A stretch of DNA of 62,111 nucleotides, taken from a virus (taxonomy: Duplodnaviria; Caudoviricetes). The stretch spans positions 1-62,111 of IMG/VR virus record IMGVR_UViG_3300044681_000510. One strand, 5' to 3'. Under the pieces are notes generated by a model. The model saw only the letters and a list, made by a program, of their open reading frames with translations, was not told where the DNA came from and ran no database searches. Shown here piece after piece: positions 48,401 through 57,143 of the stretch. The translations under genes and the position numbers were made by a program. Position 1 is the first letter of the stretch; each line of letters opens with the position of its first letter.

Positions 48401-49977
48401 AGCAAAGGAGAACCCAAAATACCACCGAATGCAGCACCAAGACCAGCGGCAGTTGCTAGTTCTGATATATTAATTTGTTCTGTATTATCCGTCAATAGGG
48501 TTGTATTAGCCCAAGCAATACGATCAATCTGGCCTCTTAAACTAGCTCCTGCGTTTTGTGCAGCACCAATACCCATAGTAATACCTAGTTTTTCTAGATT
48601 TCCTCGATTCCTAAACCAAATAGGAAGATCTCCCATAGATAGTTGGTATAGTCCTTTTACAGCAGGCTTAATTTTTGAGGCAGCTGCTACTTTACTTGCT
48701 GCTTTTATAAACTGTGCCCCTCGTTTAATTGAGCTTAATCCAGCCACACCAGCAGATAGAATACTCCCTAGACCAGCCGTTGTAGCTGAAATTTCTAATG
48801 CCAATGCTGCGTCTGGATCGTTTATAATCATGGTTGGGAAACTATAACCAATTTGAGTAATTGGGGTTGTTTTCCACCAACTAGCATCTCTAGTATATCG
48901 TTCAATTCTTTCTTGAATTGTAGAAGTACTTAGTTCTTTTTGAATAAAGTAAAGGGCTTCTCTGTGGCCTCTAGCATATCTTACAAGGTTTTCACTAATT
49001 CCTTTTTGAGCTAAGAAAGGAACTACTTCTGGGTTTATACTTTTTTTAAACCAATCAACACCATCAAATCCATTATCTTTTTCCTCTTGTGTTGGTTCTA
49101 GTGCTTTTTTAATATCATCACTAATACCAGAAACATCTAAAGGATTTATTGAATTTGAATACTGTGCAACACCTACAGATCCAAGAAGGTCATTAATTTG
49201 TTCTTGAAGATCTACATTTCTAGAAGCTCCAAGCTCTCCGGGTATGGTTGTGGATATTCCCAACATTCCTTGGGTTGGGTCTAAATATTCATTTAAATCC
49301 ATTGCTCCAGATGAAATAAGGCTTGGCAATGATGCTTCACCCTTCATTGATGAGTTAACTCTATATAACATCCCTCTTTCAAGCATTGTTTTAGAAAGAG
49401 GCTCTAATAGTTTTTGACTAACTATTGAACCACCAATTTGTAAAGCTGGAACTTTTCGTCCCTGCATATCTAGATAATATCTTTCACCTGTTTCGGGATC
49501 AATTAATGCACTTGGGTCGTTTTTTGCTAGTTCACTTTCAAGAGCATATAAATCTGCCTGTTGTCTAATTTGTTCTGGTGTTAGGTTTTCTAGAATTACT
49601 TTACCTAGAGAGTTATAAGGGGCTACTCCCTGTCCCATAATTGCTCTTTCTTGAGCATATTTTTCTACATCTCTACCGATAAGACCGGGGTTTTCACCCT
49701 GAGCTAGATAGCTTAGTTTTATAAATGAACCAAAGTCTTCTGTAGTTGGTGTTGTGCTCCAGTTAGCAATGTTGTTTATAGCAGCCAAAGAAACATCTGG
49801 TAGTACGCCGCTTCTTGCTGTACTATCCTTATCAATATTACTAAAGAAGGATCTGTAAAACAAGACTGGTTGTGTGGCTGTATAAGCAACAAAGGGGTCT
49901 GATGCTCCATATGCAGGAGCGTTGTAAATATTTGACCAATCGGGAGTTTTAATTGTGCTAACTGGAGTTTTATACAT
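39430..49977 (-). CDS. Giant internal virion/ejection protein (gp16-like position) with metallopeptidase and ADP-ribosyltransferase-like domains
   Basis: 3515 aa; Gly/Ala hydrophobic segments; HELGH...EVFANY; YHG...LHAG...KYKNIAED..S; helical C-terminus; almost no Cys. Confidence 0.75.
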   Translation of the reverse strand: MYKTPVSTIKTPDWSNIYNAPAYGASDPFVAYTATQPVLFYRSFFSNIDKDSTARSGVLPDVSLAAINNIANWSTTPTTEDFGSFIKLSYLAQGENPGLIGRDVEKYAQERAIMGQGVAPYNSLGKVILENLTPEQIRQQADLYALESELAKNDPSALIDPETGERYYLDMQGRKVPALQIGGSIVSQKLLEPLSKTMLERGMLYRVNSSMKGEASLPSLISSGAMDLNEYLDPTQGMLGISTTIPGELGASRNVDLQEQINDLLGSVGVAQYSNSINPLDVSGISDDIKKALEPTQEEKDNGFDGVDWFKKSINPEVVPFLAQKGISENLVRYARGHREALYFIQKELSTSTIQERIERYTRDASWWKTTPITQIGYSFPTMIINDPDAALALEISATTAGLGSILSAGVAGLSSIKRGAQFIKAASKVAAASKIKPAVKGLYQLSMGDLPIWFRNRGNLEKLGITMGIGAAQNAGASLRGQIDRIAWANTTLLTDNTEQINISELATAAGLGAAFGGILGSPLLFAGKSHTLDASGALVDSEGNNRSMVGLTPDQSIPIREGLEAAIEANTVNQADKPTDVLEKTNENVKDDGVTIVDTSGKKTTVREDDIFEVFEVDREKVLSGEYKLVRNTRTNTDVLVREDAIVAAQPKETPTVTAEEPKLTKIESTTIDSEKFADAADISTKAKREDGLVKASESTAFNRVEGESDESYAVRAINAGEVNTPSDFLRIISGPPTAARTTLGKLVEFRRTLENAKALLGKITHNRGDEWTKSTIESIQRLEQGELQKAIEKAMNAGDNAFTRLPETRKQAMVNFVLQHAGKSDDEIDRLIKESKDLFNRNEKSMLGRRLKTKKTKAERRKLIDEILSDKSISEQSRKILNVLIGTPENLTLLQRKAASKAFRKEKYFNQKATYLTGEFYLDVKSVITEAFNKLTPSQRNIAKSDYDLVLSLMRGALVNLKLPERAGLTKINLKLDNLGKNTFGSNKLEINPDGSSSLTITLDTNKLIKALVEGDNTLITHTILHELGHAYSYFATPRDILRMMVMYTEFLDPAVLSAFVDLTDQIRSRGIDNQVGLYGAINPGEVFANYFANRGIATSLDVMARLKLSFLEAFTSYVSEVIEGIFQSFTFNKTTQRKLKNISKVFDNIIKDISESYSVDILTMNLIDMTKVERTFTKALVNMSFYNKNRTTYLSNLENLINTGFLEKRQGTRTKRVFIGGIDTVVIDKDGYSEVIDEILKNENPDLFNNQDFTDFWASLDGLEKYTILKNPNEMLKIQLSSKYFSDQSFPILFNALLSSNLEQAKQKIYDIVQLAELTSTRIAFERFLNNRSKKAFTSNAELQKAIEEQGSYISANLNRYLSSKLFIETQGFDNWTLLTKLLEHSKSKEILRKNTFELSNERVVYRPKFDTGLDETSLILYHGGTWTGEKSPVMLHAGTLKAALDRVKNLIGYYDEYNMVAFEISREANIIELVDTGTQHGDFESYWSGIQNAYNIKPDSSIEQVIREIVVNRKKAEEIISELKRKSQYYQSTGKDLQKLLKEVGVDIIKYKNIAEDMGSTSFIIVNPRVINVKANGKFDSQTGVWQWKSRSTGKVLENTTKDLLDINYRGSESLENIISLLPDLKEIVTDFSEAISVKKDIDFTPTSITEVTNETLPNLIKELDSMMVKLDQLPNSFYKRLAFGLTKKTGKKFNINDTKDVLVDIFLASRKRLDNKEVPVILTVDSETSLFRLLFQFKKLGTFADLSAQAKRGKVVSLETLTEGKATEEGVGLVELDEEVMAGMANKNNEPTGEGELPIDKKRQQRSDYQNWLDTKITKYGNEVIKDLKNLIEIRFELSKLKKGYKPGETPKLPAGTGLELYFQKFPEERAVYNEALKATDKETVEIIKKKSTKLVTKIQKLEKKLLAEFKDVADKPIESEAILHNAVLEKVATAEEPVQTIQETKTENIQKDVIQAEENASTITAKEEVPEIAAPIIRGIGEKESFMSSNWDGSLEALDLGGIFTTEKKAAGLRRKLKGRYTTRVELDKSRVLKVVSSAPSVLQSVKNLPEPILRLAGINKSIMERVLGAIQKEHSEQEALRVVLFKLKEEGYTAIELIDKNGNLIGHVPTSKDHIKVIERVDHEKPKATGYVSVEALRKNKVEEVPEKVTIETEPTPVINPEELPVKTKDGESLEKAQEIEPGPSDVPVISEEERFVHSVLNATESLRWNGTTPKFIKIALIKFMKQAKELRENIGQTLTGIPQEFNSVLYKVLRVAEEIAEENRNRFGDLYEQINDEFWTIFDREVAKELVARGNLTKELSMKSLNEILTFAHTKVNENIRLRNQRDGLNLPEYLKPLHPNDFNFTVSSVTNKYPDGVEFRENSLAYTANRNLERKLKAEEPRVVTEKPKEMDIDEVERVVLDAISNKPTDNTMLLRESNFIGRIFGGSNRTNANWWRRLINGARNLIEYRTESKHTVHSISNRVRTLAAWIDPSKAHLHSLVGGGKNAFKSWEAIGHEVTRMTGELRNIIAPFIREVPSEKIVENVFIEVMKALGSKSTLNRNIIEAAVAIAIPSPRPELVNKTFDYAQKLYGAVVGLNKKILDLENETGWIELKDKQGNPVNPTEYFPITFIGERVLPQNRDQIIKALVGVRRETLLNSDDLSTDIMLSMGWLFDNSDDPQAGILDKGREVEGRRIHFLTEANFDQQTLRNLEVARYAPGSDARTFAQMAGEASKKHFVYKDSNTGELVVCLIPRKKADLSLPDLAKYNEVLDGSTNHIGKQWKANFPGNPVSPLYTIMSEYLDSKLYQGRYSKHLASRRGNPLSPMTLLRDRNRIEYGIAVKPLTWDELLKSDVLLKITRNDPLEAYSNFLKSRGFDLLLQKELDRMLGTKGIRFNKFLDIVRRADEQDLRALGASEDQIKDLLIGYDRIANEYLFYLGRLGTLSSGETTLGMEFTEIGLSMVRGASAPIWGITSLSEPLQHLIRGPATVGTIQTIKNIWDGLRIIIGDKRFSTSKALQDELRDSVFFIDLVRSDLQDRIINSDLDGVPKISRWFDRITATREDSRFGLISDSFDVFGNAMVEIGSVRYTTYYARKLAMQVYGKSIAKVINNGAAERFFTALADPNTNATLKRLEEAAALDPKAEAELVKVFKDIARKSGFGDRWDIAMAMNKYGVNTIEKINALKKAFQQLGPRYSKRGLINWAELKELFHENMKQQVIDGVDGTQGMDAFESLMYAAETLTTTRGAISLPRGLNKELRFESRTPLGRLTKALLGWSQSFQNNVIGGYASMGASAYLGSLILYSGLTAATEYLKEWIMGRDVEDIEKEMQRNPETYLFRMMYSLPALGAFNGILSSSLGGVSQLMGGPLKSYGTPVSYPGLNIALNTPYKMFTGFKDLVTDAIPSGDPAKIAAATGELPLIGYNTLLNKSPIAIPARLLVEAGIINEADAMGRYMNLIKKKKNVYTKKSDYTYSKMQGGMPKERKDELLRETLRKTLDQGRSTPNTGVSTDLANLLEDMSNQ

Positions 49978-50017
49978 TGTTTACCTTTCTGGGAACTGGG
50001 TGTGCCATGAATAAGTA

Positions 50018-53000
50018 TTAGTTACTTGACCAAAGATCAGCTTCAGCTTTTCTTCGTCTTTCAAGACCTTTTAATTTTTTACCGCCTGCTTTTACATATA
50101 ATCTAAAAGCTTGTGGAACATTCTTTAGATTTTCTTTATTTGATAAAGCTTTGGTTATAGTTTCAAATCCTTTTTTGTTGTAAAAGTTTTCACCTAGATT
50201 ATAAGAGAATGAAATTAAAGCAGCTTTCTGATTATTATTTAGATCATTCCAAGTTGGAACAGTTTCCTGTAGTGTTGGAATAATTCTAGTGTTTACATAA
50301 TCTACAAGATACTCTTGGGCTTGTTGTTCTGTAATCTTATCACCTTGTTTAACTGGAGTTCCATCTGGATATCTAGTAGTTCCTTTACCGATAGTCCAAA
50401 CTTTACCAGCATCATCCCAATAAGCCTCTGTTTTTAATCCCTCAAACTCTGAAATTAAGTTTACATATGGTTTATCTGAAACAGATCCCATATTAGATCT
50501 TCTTTCATTTAACCTTTCCATTCCTGTTTTATTTTGTTCTATTTCTTTGATTTTTTGGCTTTGTTTATTAACTTCTTCTAAACCTTGGTTGTAAAGTTTA
50601 GCTTCTTTAGCAGACATCATTCCAGTAGATAGATCAAAGTCTACGGCTGTTGCTCCGGGTCTAAACAAGGCTTTAGCAGCCTGTGACCAAACAGACTCGT
50701 ACTTGGTATCCATAATTAAATCTATTGGAAATATGGTTTGTCCTGTTGCTTTAAGAAGCTCTCCAGCACCACCTAATGTTTGAGACATTACTGATTCTTC
50801 TTGTGGTTTTTTTGTAGGTACTACTATTGGGACTGGTTTTAAAGCCTCTCCCCAAAAATAAGATACTTCTGGTTTTGGATAAACATCCCCTTCCATAAGA
50901 CTTTCTTTAAAATTAGAATTTAATGAATAACCAATTGCAGCTCTCGTCATATTATTTAAAAGATCTAAATTGGTAAAACTAGTTTCTTTTGTAGTATCTA
51001 CTTTGGTAATATAGCCAGCTAAAAGTTCGTTATCTGCAATTTCTGACAAGGCTGATACCCAAAATGTTTTTGGTTTTTTGGGGAAGTTTTTGGAAAGTAC
51101 ATCAGCAACATAATCAACATAGTAGGAATCTTTAAGTCCCATATAAGCTTCATGTTGAGAAAGTTCGCGTGATAGGAGAGTTATTTCCTTGGCACTTAAA
51201 CCATCCTTTAACATTCCATGAATTAACAAATCTTTTTGATCTTCGGTTCGTACTAATAACTGAGCAGCAGACACTAAACCTTCATCTCCTTCTGCTGTAA
51301 TTGGTGTAATACCATCTTGAATTTCAATAGCATAAGGAGAATCGTTTAATACTTTTCTTTCAAAAGTTTTTCTTGCTTCTTCCATTGATTCTTGATTTAG
51401 AGAATTATTTTCAATCATTGTGAAAGGAAGTCCGTTTGAAGCAGTAAATCTTATGTTTTCTTTGTTTGCTGGAGAAACAACAAACCGATTATTCATTAGA
51501 TCTTGCTCTTCTCCAGCTTCATTTAAATAAGGAATACTAGAAAGATTAAACGGCACTCCACCCTGCTGAGAGTTTAGTAGTTGATCATCTCTTGATGAAT
51601 TTTTAAACTTCCACCCCCAATTATCAGCTGATCCAATAGTTCTATAAGCTTTTGCCGCAGCTTGTAAAGCTTCTTTTTTATTTTGTGGATTTCTACCACC
51701 GTTAAAATCCCTAATTACGGATGGATTAGTTGCAATAGATAATCGTACTGCTTCTCCTAGAGTAATATTAGCACCACGGTTTTGACCTTTATCAGAATGT
51801 ACTGTTCTAAGTGAATTCATTAAACCAACTCTATCTTCTGGGTTTAATAATTGTGTTTGACTTGGTATAAAGTTTGTATCAACAGACTCTATTAATGATG
51901 GTAGATCTTCTGTTGGGAAGTTTTGATTTAAACTATAGTTTCTAAAAAAAGCTTCTTGTGGTGTTTGTTGATTAAATTTTTCAATCTCGTCTTTATTTAC
52001 ATTAGGATACAGTTTACTTATTTGTGTAATATTATTTTTTATATCTCCATACCAACCAGAACTTGGGCTTTCTTCGTTTAGTCCTTTTGTTCCTAATAGA
52101 ACCATTCTTGAATTTCTAGAAACAACAGGCTTACCTTCACTATCTTTCCATACAATTGAGTTTAAAGATTCTGCTACTGTTTTTTTGGCAACAGCTGGAT
52201 CAATACCGTTTCGTGTTAGTGTTTCATACTCTAATAATGATGAGTAGATAATTGGTTGTAGTTCTGGGTTATCCTGTAAAAAACTTTTAAAGGTGTCTTG
52301 GTTTTGAGAAATATCGTATAAAGATTGATCAATAATATTTCCTTTAGAATCTACAGCACCTACTAAAACATTATAAATATTTTTAGTTGTTTCAAAAGAA
52401 GACAGAACAGAAAGAGAAGGACCGAAGCCTTGTCCTTCTGGTGATGTATCTTTAGATATAAATCTTATTAATCCTGATAAAGCATTTGCATCTGATGTTT
52501 TAATGTTGTTTATTTTTTGATGGTATGTTTCTGGGTTTAGTTCTTCTTGTCCGGGATATATACCAGAATTAGCATAAGCAACAAACAACCTAGCTCTTTG
52601 AATTGGAGTAAAATCAGTGCTTATTGTCATCATATAGTTTAGCTTTTCTGGTGACATATATTTGAGTATAGATTTTAACTCTGTTGCTTGTAATTGTGAG
52701 ATATTATTTGAACTTATAAATTGTCTAACTTTATCAGCTGTTTGTGAACTTATATTTTGACCCCTAGCTGACATTTCAGTAGCATAGTCATTTTCTTTAA
52801 TCATTTGATATCCACTTAAACCAACAGCATTTGCTATTTCTTGCTCTGAAGCTTGTGGATTGATATAAGCGTTTTTATTAGCATCTACAATAATTACTGG
52901 AGATCCTGTAGATGTTCTGGCATTAAGATTTACATTTTCAGTTCCAAGAGTTTCAATAATATTGTTAACTGGTATTGTTCCTTTACTGGTGGGGTGCAGG

Positions 53001-53680
53001 AATGGTTCGATTTTTTCTAAATCACTTTTAGAAACATACTCACCAGCCATATATTTGTCCAAAATTACTCTTTGATTTGTGTTTTCTTTAAAAGATTTTA
53101 GTAAATCACTTTGTACTCTTTCAGCATCTCTTGTTATTTCATATAAACCACTTCTTGCACCGTCTATAATTCTAAACCAAGCAGCTCCGGTGTTTTCAAA
53201 ATCAAAGTCTTCTGAAAATACATCAACTAGATTTCCATCACTATCCTTAAAACCAATAATTTCATTGGCTTTGGATTTGTATTCTTCCTGAAATGATTTA
53301 GATCTATCAAATGGAAGATTAAAATCTACTTCATTTGGTCTATCTACATAGTTTTTTGGTTCGGTTGTAATAGACTCGGAAAAGGTATTTTCCATTTTTG
53401 ATCTTAGGTCGTATTGAAGATCGCTGATTTTAGCTCCAGTTTTCATAACATTATACTGAAGAAGATCTCCATATAGATCTCCAGCAACCTTAAAAGCTTT
53501 AGAACCCAAAGCATACCAATCCATTCCGTAATCAATAGGGCCAATCCATTGTTCTGGAGTTGGCATTCCTACTTGTCCCTCTTTAATTACTGGAGCTTGT
53601 TGAATCTGCTCTTGTACTTGTGGTTGTTGTATTAGATTGGGCTGTTGTTCGATTAATAGTTGCTCAGGGGTTGGAGCCAT
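50018..53680 (-). CDS. Internal virion protein (gp15-like position) with C-terminal GH24 lysozyme
   Basis: FEGLKTEAYWDDAGKVWTIGKGTT, NQKAALISFSYNLG, GLERRRKAE. Confidence 0.85.
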   Translation of the reverse strand: MAPTPEQLLIEQQPNLIQQPQVQEQIQQAPVIKEGQVGMPTPEQWIGPIDYGMDWYALGSKAFKVAGDLYGDLLQYNVMKTGAKISDLQYDLRSKMENTFSESITTEPKNYVDRPNEVDFNLPFDRSKSFQEEYKSKANEIIGFKDSDGNLVDVFSEDFDFENTGAAWFRIIDGARSGLYEITRDAERVQSDLLKSFKENTNQRVILDKYMAGEYVSKSDLEKIEPFLHPTSKGTIPVNNIIETLGTENVNLNARTSTGSPVIIVDANKNAYINPQASEQEIANAVGLSGYQMIKENDYATEMSARGQNISSQTADKVRQFISSNNISQLQATELKSILKYMSPEKLNYMMTISTDFTPIQRARLFVAYANSGIYPGQEELNPETYHQKINNIKTSDANALSGLIRFISKDTSPEGQGFGPSLSVLSSFETTKNIYNVLVGAVDSKGNIIDQSLYDISQNQDTFKSFLQDNPELQPIIYSSLLEYETLTRNGIDPAVAKKTVAESLNSIVWKDSEGKPVVSRNSRMVLLGTKGLNEESPSSGWYGDIKNNITQISKLYPNVNKDEIEKFNQQTPQEAFFRNYSLNQNFPTEDLPSLIESVDTNFIPSQTQLLNPEDRVGLMNSLRTVHSDKGQNRGANITLGEAVRLSIATNPSVIRDFNGGRNPQNKKEALQAAAKAYRTIGSADNWGWKFKNSSRDDQLLNSQQGGVPFNLSSIPYLNEAGEEQDLMNNRFVVSPANKENIRFTASNGLPFTMIENNSLNQESMEEARKTFERKVLNDSPYAIEIQDGITPITAEGDEGLVSAAQLLVRTEDQKDLLIHGMLKDGLSAKEITLLSRELSQHEAYMGLKDSYYVDYVADVLSKNFPKKPKTFWVSALSEIADNELLAGYITKVDTTKETSFTNLDLLNNMTRAAIGYSLNSNFKESLMEGDVYPKPEVSYFWGEALKPVPIVVPTKKPQEESVMSQTLGGAGELLKATGQTIFPIDLIMDTKYESVWSQAAKALFRPGATAVDFDLSTGMMSAKEAKLYNQGLEEVNKQSQKIKEIEQNKTGMERLNERRSNMGSVSDKPYVNLISEFEGLKTEAYWDDAGKVWTIGKGTTRYPDGTPVKQGDKITEQQAQEYLVDYVNTRIIPTLQETVPTWNDLNNNQKAALISFSYNLGENFYNKKGFETITKALSNKENLKNVPQAFRLYVKAGGKKLKGLERRRKAEADLWSSN

Positions 53681-54719
53681 TAGTTTCTTCTCCTAATAAA
53701 TCTTTATATTGAGATAAAATCATATAAATACTTTTTACCATATCTTCGCTATTTGAGATTCTTCCAGATTCTAATTCACCACGAAGACCTTTTTTCATTA
53801 GTGTTGTGTATTCTGGTTTTGAGAACATAGAAAAAGCTTCTCCCCATTTGTCTGGAGTTAGTGTTCCAGATTCTAACATCATGGAAGCAACCCCTTCAGA
53901 AGCCTTGTTATCAAGTTCTATTTTTTCTCTTTGATTTGAGATGTTTCCTTTTACATACTGACGAATAAAATCAGGTGCTAGTTCATCAATCAATAGCTGT
54001 TCATCAGTATTTGGAGCACCATAAATATCATTTGGGAAAACTTGATTTCTATCTTCAAGATCAAAGGCTGGAATAAATCCACCATCTCTGCCTACAACAC
54101 CAAATCTTCCATTAAAAGCTTCAGATACATCCATAAGATTCATTTTTTCTAGTTTTAATAGATCGTTTATATGAGCTTCTTCTGAAACATCTGGATCTAA
54201 CGCTCTATCAGCTAGAGAGTTTAATCGTTTTGAAAGATCATCCTTATAGACTTGCTTTGCTTTGTTAAAGTTTGTGTCTGAATTCCTAACAGAATAGTTT
54301 TGAAGATCGTCTTTTACTTCATTTACCAACCAATTAGGCATTCTTGAAATCTTATCTCTGATAAAATGTTCTTTTTGTGTTGGTGTTTCAAGAGAGTTTA
54401 ATTCTAAAACAAATTTATTAACTAAATCCTTTTTAACCTTATCTGTTTTTTCTGGGTTTAGTTCAAGATATTTATTCCAATAAAATTCTTTAAAACTTTC
54501 CGTTGGCATTGGAAAATCTTTTGTTGCTTGTTCCCAAGTTTTAAAAAACTTTGTTTTATTGTTTGGGTACATAGCTTTAATTTCGGTTTCTATTTTTTTA
54601 AGTTTATCCTTAAGTTTTGTTTCTCTGATTTTAGAAACATCTTTATCATTTGTTTTACTACCGGAATAAACTGAACCTGTTGCTATTTGTTGAAGTTGGT
54701 TTAAGAGTTCTGGTTTCAT
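53664..54719 (-). CDS. Putative internal virion protein
   Basis: 351 aa, helical, coupled between the gp14-like and gp15-like genes. Confidence 0.6.
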   Translation of the reverse strand: MKPELLNQLQQIATGSVYSGSKTNDKDVSKIRETKLKDKLKKIETEIKAMYPNNKTKFFKTWEQATKDFPMPTESFKEFYWNKYLELNPEKTDKVKKDLVNKFVLELNSLETPTQKEHFIRDKISRMPNWLVNEVKDDLQNYSVRNSDTNFNKAKQVYKDDLSKRLNSLADRALDPDVSEEAHINDLLKLEKMNLMDVSEAFNGRFGVVGRDGGFIPAFDLEDRNQVFPNDIYGAPNTDEQLLIDELAPDFIRQYVKGNISNQREKIELDNKASEGVASMMLESGTLTPDKWGEAFSMFSKPEYTTLMKKGLRGELESGRISNSEDMVKSIYMILSQYKDLLGEETNGSNP

Positions 54720-55360
54720 TCTTGTTTTCCATATATTAGTCCAGCAGAAATACCAGAAGAAAGACCGCTAAGGGCAGCAGATCCAATAATAGCACCCATT
54801 GGAGCACCACTAATAGTACTGGTATCACCGGGAAGGAATGTGTTAAATTCTTGATAATTGAAATCTCTTTGGGCTAATCTATTTTGATAAATAGTTTGAA
54901 TATCTCTCATTTTGTTTGTATTAGATATTCTTAGGTTTGCCATGTTCGCAGTTGCATTAAATAGGTTTTGTCTTAGCAGTGCTCTAGCTGTTCCTGATTG
55001 TGCTGAAATGTTTCTTCCAGAAATACTAGATAGCAATGCAGAATTAACTTGATTAGTTTGTTTACTGAACTGGCTTTTTGCGTTATCATACCCAAGTTTT
55101 TGATATACTTCAGCAATAGATCTTTCGTTTAATGCCGCTCTTTCAATGGCCATATTATTAACAGCTCTTGCAAGATTGGCCCGATCTATAGCTCTATTAC
55201 TAGCGTCTACTTGCCACTGTCTTTGAAAGTTTGCGTTTTCGGCAGCTAGTTGTTGTTGTTTTGCTTGTGCTTGTGCTTGGCTGGATGCTCCTAGGCCACC
55301 TAGTAAAGATGATGCCATAGACAATCCACCCATAATTCCACCAACAGTCAATGGGTCCAT
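54716..55360 (-). CDS. Internal virion protein (T7 gp14-like)
   Basis: MDP start, Gly/Ala hydrophobic termini, Q/A-rich core, about 200 aa. Confidence 0.7.
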   Translation of the reverse strand: MDPLTVGGIMGGLSMASSLLGGLGASSQAQAQAKQQQLAAENANFQRQWQVDASNRAIDRANLARAVNNMAIERAALNERSIAEVYQKLGYDNAKSQFSKQTNQVNSALLSSISGRNISAQSGTARALLRQNLFNATANMANLRISNTNKMRDIQTIYQNRLAQRDFNYQEFNTFLPGDTSTISGAPMGAIIGSAALSGLSSGISAGLIYGKQE

Positions 55361-57043
55361 TTATCTTAATCTCCTTTTAACAACTTTTGGGTATACTTTT
55401 TTATTATATTTATCAGATCCGTTTAATAAAATAGCTCCGCTTATTCTATTTCCAAGTAATCCCAAAGCTCTTTTATTAGACATCCACTCTTTAATTTGTT
55501 GTTTATATTCGTCTTGTTTGTTTTTTTCAATCTGAGAATCAGCATCAATAGATAATGCATCTTGCCAATAAGCAACTGAGCTAGCAAGAATATCTACTCT
55601 ATCGTCATGCTTAAGACTACCTCGTTTTTCAGTAATCCTAGTTATTTGTTTTTGATTCTCGGAGTCTTTAATTGCTTTTGTATTAAAGATTAATTTATGA
55701 ACAGCCATTATGGGTTCTAAAATTCTAATTATTCTAGCTTCTTTAGATCCACTTACTCTAAAATCTTCAATAGCAACCTGACCACAAATTTCTGATACGA
55801 CTGGTCTAAGTAGGTTGCAATACATAGCATCACCAAAGTTAGACTCAACTCTTATAAGATTAATATTATATTGATATGCTAACTTAGCTATTTTTCTTAA
55901 TAAGACTTCTTCATATCCTCCTTGCAAACCAAGCAGTTCATGTATGATGACATAGCCATTGACAAATGACGCAATGCAAATAGCCGTTTCGTCTGATCCA
56001 CGGCCACTAGGGTCAACAAACATGACAGTTTGCATATAGGGGATAAAATTCGGACTAATCCATTGTGGTTCATAAAGAAGATCTCCGCTAATTCCATAAG
56101 ATTCTATTTTTTTAACAGTACGCTTTTCCCAAGTTATTTTTTCTGGAAATAATTCAGGATTAACATCCATAACAATTAAATCTTCTAACTTAAGGGGATA
56201 CTTAGCTCTATCGCTAAGGGTAGGATCTAATTTATAGTGTAATGAGAATAACCTAGGTCCAATCTTAGCTTCTCTAGACTTAAGGATATCTAAAGGGAAT
56301 CTCTCTGGTTGTGTTGATTCTCCTACTTCTAGGTCCAACTTTAGGATATATTCAGAACAGTTATCTATTTCACCGGGAATGTCTGGATTAGGCATAACCG
56401 CAGGAAATTTAATAATAGGATATGAATTAGATAGTTTAATATAGATACTGTCTGTGGATTGGAAAGTACCTAGAATACGAATACACCCATCTGGAGTATT
56501 GTTTCTAATTTGTTCTAACTCCGCTAATTTATTTATAAGTTTATCTCTTGCTGAAGGAGTATCTGCATTTTCTTCAATCTCAACATCGTCTGCGATAATA
56601 TCATCTGCGTGGCTACCAGTTATCTGACCAGTAATACCCTTAGCGTAGCAAGATAAATCCTGTCCATATACAGTCCTACAACCAACATTAAAACCGAAGG
56701 CATTATCTTTATCAGACTCTTTTGGCTTTAGGTGTTCACAATATGGAACAACATCTAAAATCTTTCTTACCTGTGAGATGAACTTAATGGCGCGATCTTG
56801 GGTTGCAGATATAACCATAATAGTTCTATCTGGGTTTGTTAATAATCTCCAACTGGCAAAGCAAGCGTTGATTACAGACTTACCAGCACCACGACCAGCC
56901 TGTAGCTGGAAGTCCTTTGGTCCCTTTTGCATGACATCTGCCATAGCATACTGAATTGGGGTTGGTTCTCCCAAGCCAAGATACTTAAAACAGGCCCATA
57001 GGTGGTTTCTAAAATCATCAATCATTTCTTGTGGTGCGTGCAT
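55361..57043 (-). CDS. terL: Terminase large subunit (T7 gp19-like)
   Basis: PTPIQY, QAGRGAGKS, GQITGSHAD.IIADDVE, VDPSGRGSDET, ESNFGD, HDDRVD. Confidence 0.96.
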   Translation of the reverse strand: MHAPQEMIDDFRNHLWACFKYLGLGEPTPIQYAMADVMQKGPKDFQLQAGRGAGKSVINACFASWRLLTNPDRTIMVISATQDRAIKFISQVRKILDVVPYCEHLKPKESDKDNAFGFNVGCRTVYGQDLSCYAKGITGQITGSHADDIIADDVEIEENADTPSARDKLINKLAELEQIRNNTPDGCIRILGTFQSTDSIYIKLSNSYPIIKFPAVMPNPDIPGEIDNCSEYILKLDLEVGESTQPERFPLDILKSREAKIGPRLFSLHYKLDPTLSDRAKYPLKLEDLIVMDVNPELFPEKITWEKRTVKKIESYGISGDLLYEPQWISPNFIPYMQTVMFVDPSGRGSDETAICIASFVNGYVIIHELLGLQGGYEEVLLRKIAKLAYQYNINLIRVESNFGDAMYCNLLRPVVSEICGQVAIEDFRVSGSKEARIIRILEPIMAVHKLIFNTKAIKDSENQKQITRITEKRGSLKHDDRVDILASSVAYWQDALSIDADSQIEKNKQDEYKQQIKEWMSNKRALGLLGNRISGAILLNGSDKYNKKVYPKVVKRRLR

Positions 57044-57082
57044 ACAACCTCCAAAAAGAGGAACTTTAACTTCTACTTATTA

Positions 57083-57141
57083 TCGGACTAATAGGATCTA
57101 CTAGGTGTTCCCTAGTAGACCCCCAAAGGTAGCGAAGTCCG
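57083..57141 (-). other. Long stem-loop between terS and terL
   Basis: GGGGTCTACTAGG-GAACA-CCTAGTAGATCCT inside CGGACT/AGTCCG. Confidence 0.6.
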
Positions 57142-57143
57142 CG

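Noticed and set aside
39430-49977. N4-like virion RNA polymerase, suggested by the length of about 3,500 aa and the leader hairpins
   Set aside because: No RNAP catalytic motifs seen; a separate T7-type RNAP and sigma70 early promoters exist.
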